Positions 46,481 through 55,440 of a stretch of DNA of 64,000 bases are shown one piece after another. The notes under the pieces are model-generated. The model worked only from the letters and a program-made list of their open reading frames with translations, had not been told where the DNA came from and did not search any database. Within the stretch, counting starts at the first letter, position 1. The number at the start of each line of letters is the position of its first letter. Both the position numbers and the translations under genes were made by a program. The DNA comes from a virus: the UHGV virus genome UHGV-0375936; one strand, 5' to 3'.

Positions 46481-47127
46481 CGAAAGAAGAAATCCGTCGC
46501 CGTTATTTTGCGCACGATTTACCGATTGACCGTCATGGTAACTACATGGAGAAAATCGGTAGCGAAGATCACGGCCGTACAGGGTTTTGTGCATTACTGC
46601 ACTATAAGTTGATTGATGGGATGTCTGATCGCGAAGCATTGGAGCAAATGCGTAACTACGACATGTCTGAAATCGAAGCACGGTTTACGCTACAGAAAGC
46701 GAAAGACTTTGTTAACGACACGCTGGGAATTGACCTGGAAGAGATTCGTACGGGGTTACGTTCCACCGTACGGTACATCTTTACCGATGTTCAGAAAATT
46801 CTAAGCGCTTTGGAATTCCGTTATCAGGATGCGCGCTATGCTGAGATTCAGGTAGGTGATTTCACTTTCCAGGCAGATGAGAAGTCACAGGTAGCACTGA
46901 GTCGTTATATCCAGTCAGAAACTGCGCCAGCGTATTGGTTAACGGCTAACAACACCCGTATCGAACCGTTTACGTTAGAACAGTGCAAGACGTTGCTGGC
47001 AGCAATCGTTGAGCGTGATCAAAGACTACACCACGCAATGTCTGAGCAGAAAAGAGAAGTCAGGGCTTGGGCTGAAGCACGTGATTACGATTCGATAAAA
47101 GCGTTTGCGTTAGAGCAAGGGCTGTAA
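46456..47127 (+). CDS. hypothetical protein
   Basis: 223-aa ORF overlapping previous gene; last gene before bidirectional terminator. Confidence 0.5.
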   Translation: MSATGEGLTKEEIRRRYFAHDLPIDRHGNYMEKIGSEDHGRTGFCALLHYKLIDGMSDREALEQMRNYDMSEIEARFTLQKAKDFVNDTLGIDLEEIRTGLRSTVRYIFTDVQKILSALEFRYQDARYAEIQVGDFTFQADEKSQVALSRYIQSETAPAYWLTANNTRIEPFTLEQCKTLLAAIVERDQRLHHAMSEQKREVRAWAEARDYDSIKAFALEQGL

Positions 47128-47134
47128 TCGACAG

Positions 47135-47190
47135 CGAAAAAAACAGTATACCTACCTCCCGTAATAGGAGGTAGGTATTTTTATTTTTTC
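47135..47190. terminator. bidirectional Rho-independent terminator
   Basis: 12-bp perfect stem ATACCTACCTCC-CGTAATA-GGAGGTAGGTAT flanked by A-run and T-run. Confidence 0.7.
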
Positions 47191-47721
47191 TTAGGACGTA
47201 AAACCGTCCAGCTCACCGTTGGTGGTGGCCAGGTCAATACGATTATCAACAACCTTCGGCGTAATTACGAAAGTTGCCATTACACCTGGCTTATAACGGA
47301 GGTTCTTTTCAGTAACGGTACACGTTACCGTACGCAGAGTGACGCTATCGTGTTCGTCTTTCTGGTCTTCGGTGGTGTACTCAGCGTCACCAGGTGCGAT
47401 AGAGTCGTCAGGTTTTACTTTATTGATGTAAAACTGTAATCGGTCGCGTAGTTCGTTTTCTCCAGTCCAGAGAGCCAAATCGTCCGTTACCTCAATGCGT
47501 CCGACAACGCCAGGTTCCAGACGATCGTAATGCAGTTCGATTGCGCCTTTAAAATTTTCAGACTCTGTACGTGCGGTCATGGTAACTTTGGTATTTTTAT
47601 CGCCCTTTTCAAGAGCGACAGGTTGACCAAAAGTTACCTCTTTATCAGTGACCTGATGCGGTAGCTCTGTGTTAGCAGCATTATAAAGCGCAACTAACAT
47701 CATCTGGTTAGTAGCTGCCAT
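47191..47721 (-). CDS. putative virion protein, paralog family B
   Basis: Shares NTKVTMTARTESENFKG...HYDRL and NGELDGFT with 47787..48353. Confidence 0.5.
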   Translation of the reverse strand: MAATNQMMLVALYNAANTELPHQVTDKEVTFGQPVALEKGDKNTKVTMTARTESENFKGAIELHYDRLEPGVVGRIEVTDDLALWTGENELRDRLQFYINKVKPDDSIAPGDAEYTTEDQKDEHDSVTLRTVTCTVTEKNLRYKPGVMATFVITPKVVDNRIDLATTNGELDGFTS

Positions 47722-47786
47722 TATCTTAAATCCTTAAAATGAAAGTTAAAGAAATATCGGGGGAGGTTACCCCCCCCCCGAATCAA

Positions 47787-48353
47787 TTACTCTTTAGGCG
47801 CTGGTGCGGTGAAGCCATCCAGTTCACCTTCCAAACCGCTCAGTGCTACTTTCTCAAGAGCTGGAGGGGTAACTTTATACGTCGCAACAGTACCTGGCAG
47901 GAACTTCAAGTGGCCAGCCACAACCGTTACCACGTAAATGGTTTTGCCTTCTTCTTCACGAGAGATAGTTTGCAGGTCGTTTTCACCGAACTCGTCATCG
48001 GTGTACCCTTTCTCAGCCATGGCTGCGTTAACTTTCGCCAGGATTTTCGTCGGTGAATCGAAATCGGTAGTAGGTGCAGTTACTTCAACTTCACCAACGA
48101 TGTCGCAGGAAAGACGAGTATAGTGGAATTCTTTCTCGCCTTTGAAGTTCTGGCTTTCTGCCTTGGCGGTCAGAGTAATTTTAGTGTTGCGGCCAGCTTC
48201 TCCGGTGAACTCAGCGACAGCACTAAAATTAACATCATTTACAGTCAGCTTAGAAGCAGTTTGGTTGTTTTTAGCAATTACAATCTCGATAAGCTGCTGT
48301 TGAAAAGTTTTAGCCATTGTTTTTACCTCGTAAGTAGTATGGGTGGTTTGCAT
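47787..48353 (-). CDS. putative virion protein, paralog family B
   Basis: Paralog of 47191..47721. Confidence 0.5.
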   Translation of the reverse strand: MQTTHTTYEVKTMAKTFQQQLIEIVIAKNNQTASKLTVNDVNFSAVAEFTGEAGRNTKITLTAKAESQNFKGEKEFHYTRLSCDIVGEVEVTAPTTDFDSPTKILAKVNAAMAEKGYTDDEFGENDLQTISREEEGKTIYVVTVVAGHLKFLPGTVATYKVTPPALEKVALSGLEGELDGFTAPAPKE

Positions 48354-48457
48354 AGTATTGTTCGGATTATAGAAGTGTTGTTAATAGTTATGACAGACAG
48401 CAGTAAGGGTTGTCTGTAAAATTATTATTTTTTAACTTTTTATAGAAGGGTGAAAAC

Positions 48458-48940
48458 ATGCTAAAACGTTTTCTACTTGTTGTAACTGCAGCACTTTCGT
48501 TGGCAAGCTGTGCCCTACAACCCACCGCTAACGGTCAATTCTCGACTGTACCCGTAGAGCCACACGACATGGTTATTTACACCTGTATGGGTGTAGAGCA
48601 AGATTTTGTAAATTATAAACCTGTCGTCAATTCGACTAACCTAATGTTAGGCTCAGTAACTGTAATCGATACTGGTGCTAACTGGGTAGCCACCTGGCCA
48701 AATGGTAAGATTGAGTCACCCCAACTTTATAAAGATCTATTAGGTAAAGTTAATGGAAATATCGATCCTATCACGGGACAACGTTACTACCGTGTAAATG
48801 GGTTACTTTCAAAAACACCAACATTTGCGTATTCTACTTTAGAATATAAAACGGGTGATGGTAAAGGCATTACTTTCTTCCACTGTAAAGAAGGTGTAGC
48901 GTCTGACACTGGAACAATGCTCCATCCTGCGGAACAATAA
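48458..48940 (+). CDS. lipoprotein (moron-like)
   Basis: Signal peptide ending in lipobox-like LSLASC; lone plus-strand gene with its own terminator. Confidence 0.6.
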   Translation: MLKRFLLVVTAALSLASCALQPTANGQFSTVPVEPHDMVIYTCMGVEQDFVNYKPVVNSTNLMLGSVTVIDTGANWVATWPNGKIESPQLYKDLLGKVNGNIDPITGQRYYRVNGLLSKTPTFAYSTLEYKTGDGKGITFFHCKEGVASDTGTMLHPAEQ

Positions 48941-48944
48941 AAAC

Positions 48945-48980
48945 TACCCTACTCCTTAACGGGAGTAGGGTATAGTCATT
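48945..48980 (+). terminator. Rho-independent terminator
   Basis: TACCCTACTCC-TTAACG-GGAGTAGGGTA hairpin right after the lipoprotein stop. Confidence 0.6.
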
Positions 48981-49055
48981 TTAACCGCCAAATCGTGCGT
49001 AGAACGCATTCTAAGCGCCTTTATACAAAATAAGGTATAAACGCCTTAGAAATAA

Positions 49056-49571
49056 TTAAATCTCGACTAAGGCGCTCCAATCGATTGGTTTTTGCTTAAC
49101 AACCTTCACAGTACCTCGATTTGGTGACCAGAAAGTAATGTTAGGCTGGTTACGAACGTCAATGTGCAACCAACTGATGTCACATTCAATAAAGTGAATG
49201 AACGGAAACTCGTCAGGGTTAGCAGCGATATAGTCGTGAACCTGTTTTACGGTGCTATCCAACAACGTTGCGTCAATGGCGTTACCGAATTTGTGTTGAC
49301 TTCCTGAATCGGCGTAAAGCTGCAACGCACGTTGTTTATAACTACCGCCCTTAGGCTTTTCTTGATTAATAAAGAAATCTAAGGTTCTTAGTCCACGTTG
49401 TTGTGCGGCAGTTGAGTTAATCACCATTCTACCGAAACGGTTACGAATCTGTTGTAGGGAGATCATTAACAACGGATTCATAAACCGAATTGCAGAATCG
49501 CCGTATTTGGCAATATAGGACTGTGGTACTAACTCTCTGAGTTTAAAGTTACTCGGATTTGGATGAAACAT
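49056..49571 (-). CDS. peptidase M15-like (VanY/L-Ala-D-Glu peptidase type) protein
   Basis: SQHKFGNAIDA fits SxHxxGxAxD; later WLHID His motif. Confidence 0.55.
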   Translation of the reverse strand: MFHPNPSNFKLRELVPQSYIAKYGDSAIRFMNPLLMISLQQIRNRFGRMVINSTAAQQRGLRTLDFFINQEKPKGGSYKQRALQLYADSGSQHKFGNAIDATLLDSTVKQVHDYIAANPDEFPFIHFIECDISWLHIDVRNQPNITFWSPNRGTVKVVKQKPIDWSALVEI

Positions 49572-50223
49572 CTTCCCTCCCAGACAGAAATGCCCGTTTA
49601 ATGTTCAGGTATTTGACATTAACGGGACAATCTGTGGTGATATCAATACGTTCGTGGTCAGGGATTGCAGGTTCCTTAAACTCGCGAACGAATAAATAGT
49701 TTCGATTATAATCTAACGTACGAAACGCGTTAGTGTTGTAGGATGGCTTTGCATTAGGATCTACGTAGGCATCCCAGCCGAATTCAACAACGGCCTTATA
49801 AAATGTTTGGCAGATATAAGGCGAGATTTCCAACGACTGCATAATACGCAGGAAAGTTAAGTCAGAGAACTCTTTATCGATGAAACGCGAAACGTTACCA
49901 CCCGGTGTCATGGGATAGCTACGCTCCGTGTTGCATTTTTGATAGAGTAAGTCGTGAATACAGGCCGCAGGTGCCCACGGTCCGTCAGGATGGAAAATTC
50001 CCTGGAGGTGTTCAGGAATTGACGCTAAATCAGTAACGAACCCTTTCGGTGCTGTTAACCACAGTTGTGTGTCAGGCAATACACCGGTTAAATAAACCGC
50101 ACGGTCTAAGTGTACGTGGTCGTGATATATCTCACGTAACGTAAACGGATAATGGTAATCCTCCGTTAATACAAACCACTTATTGTCTAAACGTTTATAT
50201 TGAAGCTTCTCCATTACCCACAC
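49549..50223 (-). CDS. hypothetical protein
   Basis: 224-aa ORF overlapping start of the M15 gene. Confidence 0.5.
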   Translation of the reverse strand: MWVMEKLQYKRLDNKWFVLTEDYHYPFTLREIYHDHVHLDRAVYLTGVLPDTQLWLTAPKGFVTDLASIPEHLQGIFHPDGPWAPAACIHDLLYQKCNTERSYPMTPGGNVSRFIDKEFSDLTFLRIMQSLEISPYICQTFYKAVVEFGWDAYVDPNAKPSYNTNAFRTLDYNRNYLFVREFKEPAIPDHERIDITTDCPVNVKYLNIKRAFLSGREDVSSKSE

Positions 50224-50330
50224 CTTCCCTTATAGAAACCAGAAAAATTCGTATCCACGCTTTTCGTCTTTACGTTTCCGCCCAGACGTTAACGCTTTCC
50301 ACAATAGTGCTAAGAGTTTAGCAAACCAGT

Positions 50331-50921
50331 TCATTTTACTAACCCCGCCTTCACTACATAATCCGGCATTTCCCTGAACACACGTGCATACCAACCGTAA
50401 GCGAATTTTTCATTCTTCTTACGCTTTTCGGAGATTTCTGTGTAGTAAGTTACCTGGTGTGAGATTAACGCAAAGATTAAAATGCCTAATCCCTCGCCTT
50501 TACGGTAATTCAGATAAGCATTCAGAGCACCTAGCGTTTTAGGCCCCATACCGCCGTCGGTGTCAATATCTGCGTAAAGTTTCCCTTCGTTATTTAAAAC
50601 GTTGAGAATACGTTGTAACGATTTCACACAGTTAACACGGCCAGAGTTAATAGCAAAATCAAACATCCGGTCGGCGAGTATCGGCGAGATAGCGAAAATC
50701 TCATCGAGTTTAAGTTTCTTCCACCAACCACGATCGTAAATGTCAAACGCTTGCGCACGGGTCAGATCTTTCATTCTTCCTTTGTACCCGTATTCGCGTG
50801 CAGTTGTCAGTGTTACCCCGTGACAGGTTTCCCCACCTTTATCGTCAGGGTCGTTCACGTACCCACCCTCTAAATCTGTTTTTGATTCAATAATACCTTC
50901 TTTAGTCCAACGTTCGGCCAT
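50331..50921 (-). CDS. endolysin-like GH108 lysozyme with peptidoglycan-binding region
   Basis: N-terminal EGGYVNDPDDKGGETCHGVT typical of GH108; C-terminal region consistent with a PG-binding module. Confidence 0.7.
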   Translation of the reverse strand: MAERWTKEGIIESKTDLEGGYVNDPDDKGGETCHGVTLTTAREYGYKGRMKDLTRAQAFDIYDRGWWKKLKLDEIFAISPILADRMFDFAINSGRVNCVKSLQRILNVLNNEGKLYADIDTDGGMGPKTLGALNAYLNYRKGEGLGILIFALISHQVTYYTEISEKRKKNEKFAYGWYARVFREMPDYVVKAGLVK

Positions 50922-50943
50922 TTTGTTTAACTCCTCTTTTACA

Positions 50944-50978
50944 CAAAAAAAGAAAAGAGGGTGGGATTACCCCACCCT
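50944..50978 (-). terminator. Rho-independent terminator
   Basis: AGGGTGGG-ATTA-CCCACCCT hairpin with A-run on plus strand. Confidence 0.55.
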
Positions 50979-50992
50979 GTAGTTATTTCTTC

Positions 50993-51457
50993 TTAGCGAG
51001 ATGGCTTGGCTGGCGCTGCGGCGACAGACGGTTTACGCGCAACACGCACTGTAAAACCACCGACCCAGGTTAGACACTCAGGACGGAAGAAAATACCGTG
51101 TTCGATTGCACTGCCGTCCAGCGGTAACGCACCAACCTGCTCTACCCATACGTCGTCTTCGGTAAGGGTTAAGCCATATTGCTCGTTAATTACAGGCAGC
51201 AGATCCGCAGTTGTGGTAGCTGATTCAACTAACAGTTTCGGCAATACGTTGAGGAAATACAAGCCTGCATCGATGCGGTTATACTGGAACGTTTGCTTAT
51301 TAGCATAACCGAGATTCTTAACCGCCACAACCGTAATTTCGGTATTGTAAGTACCGGTACTTACGACGGGATCAGCCAATGTGACTTTGGCGGTGTCAAG
51401 CTCAGCGTCTGGGTTAGCCTTTTTAATAAGGTCGAAGATAGTTTCTTGACTGGTCAT
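50993..51457 (-). CDS. putative virion protein, paralog family B
   Basis: Shares ...Y.R..... and DLLPVINEQYGL motifs with 51471..52319. Confidence 0.45.
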   Translation of the reverse strand: MTSQETIFDLIKKANPDAELDTAKVTLADPVVSTGTYNTEITVVAVKNLGYANKQTFQYNRIDAGLYFLNVLPKLLVESATTTADLLPVINEQYGLTLTEDDVWVEQVGALPLDGSAIEHGIFFRPECLTWVGGFTVRVARKPSVAAAPAKPSR

Positions 51458-51470
51458 TACTGTAATCCTC

Positions 51471-52319
51471 TTAATCTAAGAATCCCGGTAAGACCGAATT
51501 AGTCTTGGCTAATTCAATCTTCGACTTCGGACGATCGGTTCCGTTAAAGTGGATTAACAGATTACCGGTCAGGTTAGCACACATACCGCTTAGGGCGAGT
51601 ACCAGCACACGTGTGTACTTCGCATTTGCACCTTCGAAACCTGCGGTAGGGCCATCGTAGATAACCTTAGCACCGTAGAGGTTATTAGCAACGTTCTTAG
51701 GTACGCTTACCCATTTCTCATCAACGACGTTGACCAGTTTAGTGGCTAACTCAGCCATGTCGACAGTGTCGTTGATGGTAATCGGATCGAGGTAATCTTT
51801 TTCTGCGGTGAAGTCAATTGGATAAGAATAAACCGCAGCATTACCTTTCTTAGTGGACGGATACTCTACCAGGTTTTCTAATTGAGTAACAGGTAACAGT
51901 TTAGCCAGATCAATAGGATCGCGTAGCGTGAGTGTCACCTCGCCACACCACTCGTAGGATTTCTCGTTAGCGGTAAGCTGATGGGATTCACCTTCAACTT
52001 TCGCATCAACGATATCCGACGGTAGAATATTTAAATCGTATTTTGCGTTAATCGCATTAAGCAAATCTGCGGCGGTTACAACACCGTCGTTACCGAATAC
52101 CAACTCACCTGTTAGGTATTCGGGCAAATTACGACGATGGTAAGTCACGGTTAAAGTAGTAGACTCATCGCCTTTGAGTTTAGAAGTCAGAACCACCTGG
52201 GTATCAACCCCAGTACCAGTAGGTTCGCCGATATCAACATCACTGAAAGTCAATGGCGGAACAATATTGTTTTCAGTGTTGATGAGTTTTAGCAGTTTCT
52301 GTTTTGACGTAAGAGACAT
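51471..52319 (-). CDS. putative virion protein, paralog family B
   Basis: LTVTYHRRNLPEYL and DLLNAINAKYDLN related to neighbours. Confidence 0.45.
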   Translation of the reverse strand: MSLTSKQKLLKLINTENNIVPPLTFSDVDIGEPTGTGVDTQVVLTSKLKGDESTTLTVTYHRRNLPEYLTGELVFGNDGVVTAADLLNAINAKYDLNILPSDIVDAKVEGESHQLTANEKSYEWCGEVTLTLRDPIDLAKLLPVTQLENLVEYPSTKKGNAAVYSYPIDFTAEKDYLDPITINDTVDMAELATKLVNVVDEKWVSVPKNVANNLYGAKVIYDGPTAGFEGANAKYTRVLVLALSGMCANLTGNLLIHFNGTDRPKSKIELAKTNSVLPGFLD

Positions 52320-52485
52320 CGCGTTAACTCACAATAAGTAAAAAGGTTTAAGAGGTCGTTTTACATCCCTCAGCCAGCATAGGAATAGTCGAGTAGAGAG
52401 TAAGCAAAGTGGTGTCAAAATAACAAAAAAGAAAAGGGAAAGAAAATTAATTCCGCTATAGACCGAAGCCTATAGCGGAGTGAGA

Positions 52486-52917
52486 TTAACGAACGTTGTG
52501 TGCTAAGTACATCAGAGAACGAGTGTCGGTGTCACGAGAAGTTTGTGACATCTGGCTCAGTAACTTGTTGGCGGTAGGATCGCTATAAAGACGTTTTAAC
52601 CATTCGTCAACCATTTCTGGTACAGTGTCGACCAGCAGTGGATAGTTAAGATTTTCCAGTGTGTATTCAACGAATTCGTGCATCAGATTCTGGTCACGAT
52701 GCATGGTGTCACCTAACTCACCTGCGGGATACTCTTCACGAGGACGTTTACCCCAGCTGCAAATCTCCATATAGGCCGTGTTTACAATCTCTTTGTATTC
52801 CTCTAACTTAAGTAAATCGAAGCCAGTATTCGGGCGGCAGAAACCTACTAAAACGCTCAGAGCAATAGGGTTGTTACGAACGTAGTTACGGATTTCATCA
52901 TTTAATACGAAAAACAT
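52486..52917 (-). CDS. hypothetical protein (paralog of 54197..54625)
   Basis: Shared N-terminal (NDEIRNYVRNNP / NSDLRDYIRQYP) and internal motifs. Confidence 0.5.
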   Translation of the reverse strand: MFFVLNDEIRNYVRNNPIALSVLVGFCRPNTGFDLLKLEEYKEIVNTAYMEICSWGKRPREEYPAGELGDTMHRDQNLMHEFVEYTLENLNYPLLVDTVPEMVDEWLKRLYSDPTANKLLSQMSQTSRDTDTRSLMYLAHNVR

Positions 52918-52986
52918 TTTAATACTCCTTTAGGTAAATACAATAATGGAGGGGTGGTAAACCACCCCTTGTACGATTTTAGTTAA

Positions 52987-54174
52987 TTAACGAAATTTTT
53001 GACAAGCAGGGCAATCGCAGCCTATACCAGATGATATTTCTCTAAAGATCGCGTCGATCGAGTGCTCATTATTCTTAAGAAAACGAGCTCCCGCCAAGTC
53101 ACGCAGATGAGTTTTTAACTTTCCGATAATACCGGGTTCATAGTTGAGTAGAATGGTAAGTGTATTGTCTGTGTAAGTCCACTGACGGACTTTCTCAGGA
53201 AACCAACTAGCGATATCACGCATAAACGTATCGGCATCTTCTTTCCCAATAGCAGTGATTGTCAGAAGACGTAGCCGATCGTTAACAATATCGTCAATGA
53301 GATCACGAATTTCATCTCCCAGAGAAAGGTCGTCTAACGGGAGTTTAATGGTGAGCTGTTCGCCCTCGAGTTTAGTTTCTACCCTGCTGGAGTAGAATCC
53401 TGACAAGGTGTCACTAACATCTTTGGCATCTGGGCCAGTATAATTAATGGCATCCTGTCTTTCGGCGCATTTACGTGAATTTTTCTTTATTAACTCATCC
53501 ATACGGGTGCGTAGCTGATTAATAACAACAGGGTCATTATCAACAAGTACGGCTAGAGTGTCGCGAACATAATTAGACTGGAGAATTTTCTCCTTGTGTT
53601 CGTGAACGGCCCCACGCATGAATTCGTCCGCTTCACCTTTTCCGATACCTCGAAACGAAATAAGTCGAACGGCGTCTTTGACGATCCGTGCAACGGTGAT
53701 GCGAATAGCTTTAATGAGCTTAGGTTCGAAAATGAGCCTATGATCGAAATCATTCAACCAGACAACTAACGTGTCGTATTGTTGACCGACGGTTAAATAA
53801 TCAGGATAGAGAGCTTCTAACGCTTCTTTAATTTTCTCGTTCGTTTCGGCATCATACCGATAGACGAGCGGATTGTCGTCGCTGGTTTCAGCCCACTGCT
53901 GCTCTTCGACTTTCGGTTGCTCTGTCTCGGCCGCTTTTGCCTTGGCGTTTGCGGCTACCGGGTTGAGCAACTCACCGATTTCCACCGCAATAGTGTCAGA
54001 AACGTACTCACTGCTGTCAGTCCAGTAGAATACGATGCTTTCATCGTTGACCTGCTCTACACGGAAATGTACACCTTTATCCAGGAATATGCGATAAAGT
54101 TGATCAAGTAACTGTGCTTCAGGAACCGGACGGATTTCAGTTTTAACGAGCGGGGTAATTTCGATATTAAACAT
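52987..54174 (-). CDS. hypothetical protein with internal duplication
   Basis: Two related segments containing IGKGEADEFMRG / IGKEDADTFMRD. Confidence 0.5.
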   Translation of the reverse strand: MFNIEITPLVKTEIRPVPEAQLLDQLYRIFLDKGVHFRVEQVNDESIVFYWTDSSEYVSDTIAVEIGELLNPVAANAKAKAAETEQPKVEEQQWAETSDDNPLVYRYDAETNEKIKEALEALYPDYLTVGQQYDTLVVWLNDFDHRLIFEPKLIKAIRITVARIVKDAVRLISFRGIGKGEADEFMRGAVHEHKEKILQSNYVRDTLAVLVDNDPVVINQLRTRMDELIKKNSRKCAERQDAINYTGPDAKDVSDTLSGFYSSRVETKLEGEQLTIKLPLDDLSLGDEIRDLIDDIVNDRLRLLTITAIGKEDADTFMRDIASWFPEKVRQWTYTDNTLTILLNYEPGIIGKLKTHLRDLAGARFLKNNEHSIDAIFREISSGIGCDCPACQKFR

Positions 54175-54196
54175 GTCATTTTTTCCTTTTGGTAAA

Positions 54197-54625
54197 TTAA
54201 CTGTAATTGTGCTTAAAGAACTCTAAAGCACGCTGGTCGTTTGTAATCGCCGTTGTGGACATTCGTTTTAACGCCTGTCGGCAGTAAGCGTCGCTCAGAA
54301 TACGTTGCTGCCAAGCGTTAACTATTTCCGTCACTGTTTCCCCTTCTACAGCAGTGTTAAGTTTATCGAGACAGTGTCGCCCTAACAGAAACGCAACTGC
54401 GTAATCGGTAAACATCTCGGTGCCGAAATCCCCGTCGGGATAATCGCAACGTTTACGTACCGACGTTGCGGTAATGGAGTTATAGGCGGTTTTTATTATC
54501 TCGTGGAACTGTTCCACCGTTAAGATGTTAACGTCAGTACCTGAAAGCGTAAGCGAAGCCAGTACAGGAATACTGGCTGGGTACTGACGGATGTAATCAC
54601 GCAAATCTGAATTGAGCGTTTTCAT
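54197..54625 (-). CDS. hypothetical protein (paralog of 52486..52917)
   Basis: See 52486..52917. Confidence 0.5.
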   Translation of the reverse strand: MKTLNSDLRDYIRQYPASIPVLASLTLSGTDVNILTVEQFHEIIKTAYNSITATSVRKRCDYPDGDFGTEMFTDYAVAFLLGRHCLDKLNTAVEGETVTEIVNAWQQRILSDAYCRQALKRMSTTAITNDQRALEFFKHNYS

Positions 54626-55373
54626 TCATGAACCCTTTTGTTTTTATCCAATATAAGCAATTTGCACCAACCTGAACTGGCTCGATCCTATCAAGTTCTT
54701 CCATCAGAGCCAGATAAGTTTGCCAAACGGTTTGACGTTCGAAGAAAAATGATGTTGTGCCATTAGACCTAAGACATGCACGTACTAAGTGCTCGGTTTG
54801 TGAAAACTGTATATTAACGTTGTTCAGGACACGTTGAATAGTATCAGAATCGTAATGCGCGAAACGATCTTTGTGTACCAGAACCAACTCTATAGGCGTG
54901 GAGTTATCAATGACTGAAAAAGGTTCGTCAATACGAATAAGGTTATTCCGGTGAGGTACCCCATCATAACCGAGCGTATAGACATCCATACCTTCCCCTG
55001 GGTTACAGTCGAAATACTCCAGAATTTTATCAGCGTTTTTCTCCGCCGAACGTTTAAAGTAAACAATATAAACGGTATGACTAATCTTCTCAACTTCGTA
55101 TACTTTTTCGGAGAACGATCTGAAAATTGCCATGACGTTTAATCTTCCTTTGTCTTTAGCAACGTAACTTGCAACTAAACACGTTGCTTCACCACGAAGA
55201 ACATCGTCAATGAACTCTTTTGCTCGTTTTAATTCATCCTCGTTAAAACCACCGATAGTGAGCTCATTCCCACAAATCTGATAAGCAAGATGTGGAGTAA
55301 CGTTTTTCAGGAAACTCGTAATGATGTGCGTGTATGCCCAAAGACTACTATTCTTAAACTCGATAGTTTTCAT
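54597..55373 (-). CDS. hypothetical protein
   Basis: 258-aa ORF overlapping the downstream gene start. Confidence 0.5.
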   Translation of the reverse strand: MKTIEFKNSSLWAYTHIITSFLKNVTPHLAYQICGNELTIGGFNEDELKRAKEFIDDVLRGEATCLVASYVAKDKGRLNVMAIFRSFSEKVYEVEKISHTVYIVYFKRSAEKNADKILEYFDCNPGEGMDVYTLGYDGVPHRNNLIRIDEPFSVIDNSTPIELVLVHKDRFAHYDSDTIQRVLNNVNIQFSQTEHLVRACLRSNGTTSFFFERQTVWQTYLALMEELDRIEPVQVGANCLYWIKTKGFMNENAQFRFA

Positions 55374-55440
55374 TTTATTTTCCTTTTGGTTTTACAAGTC
55401 GAAATAATAGGGTAAGGGAATCCCTTACCCTATAGCGTAA

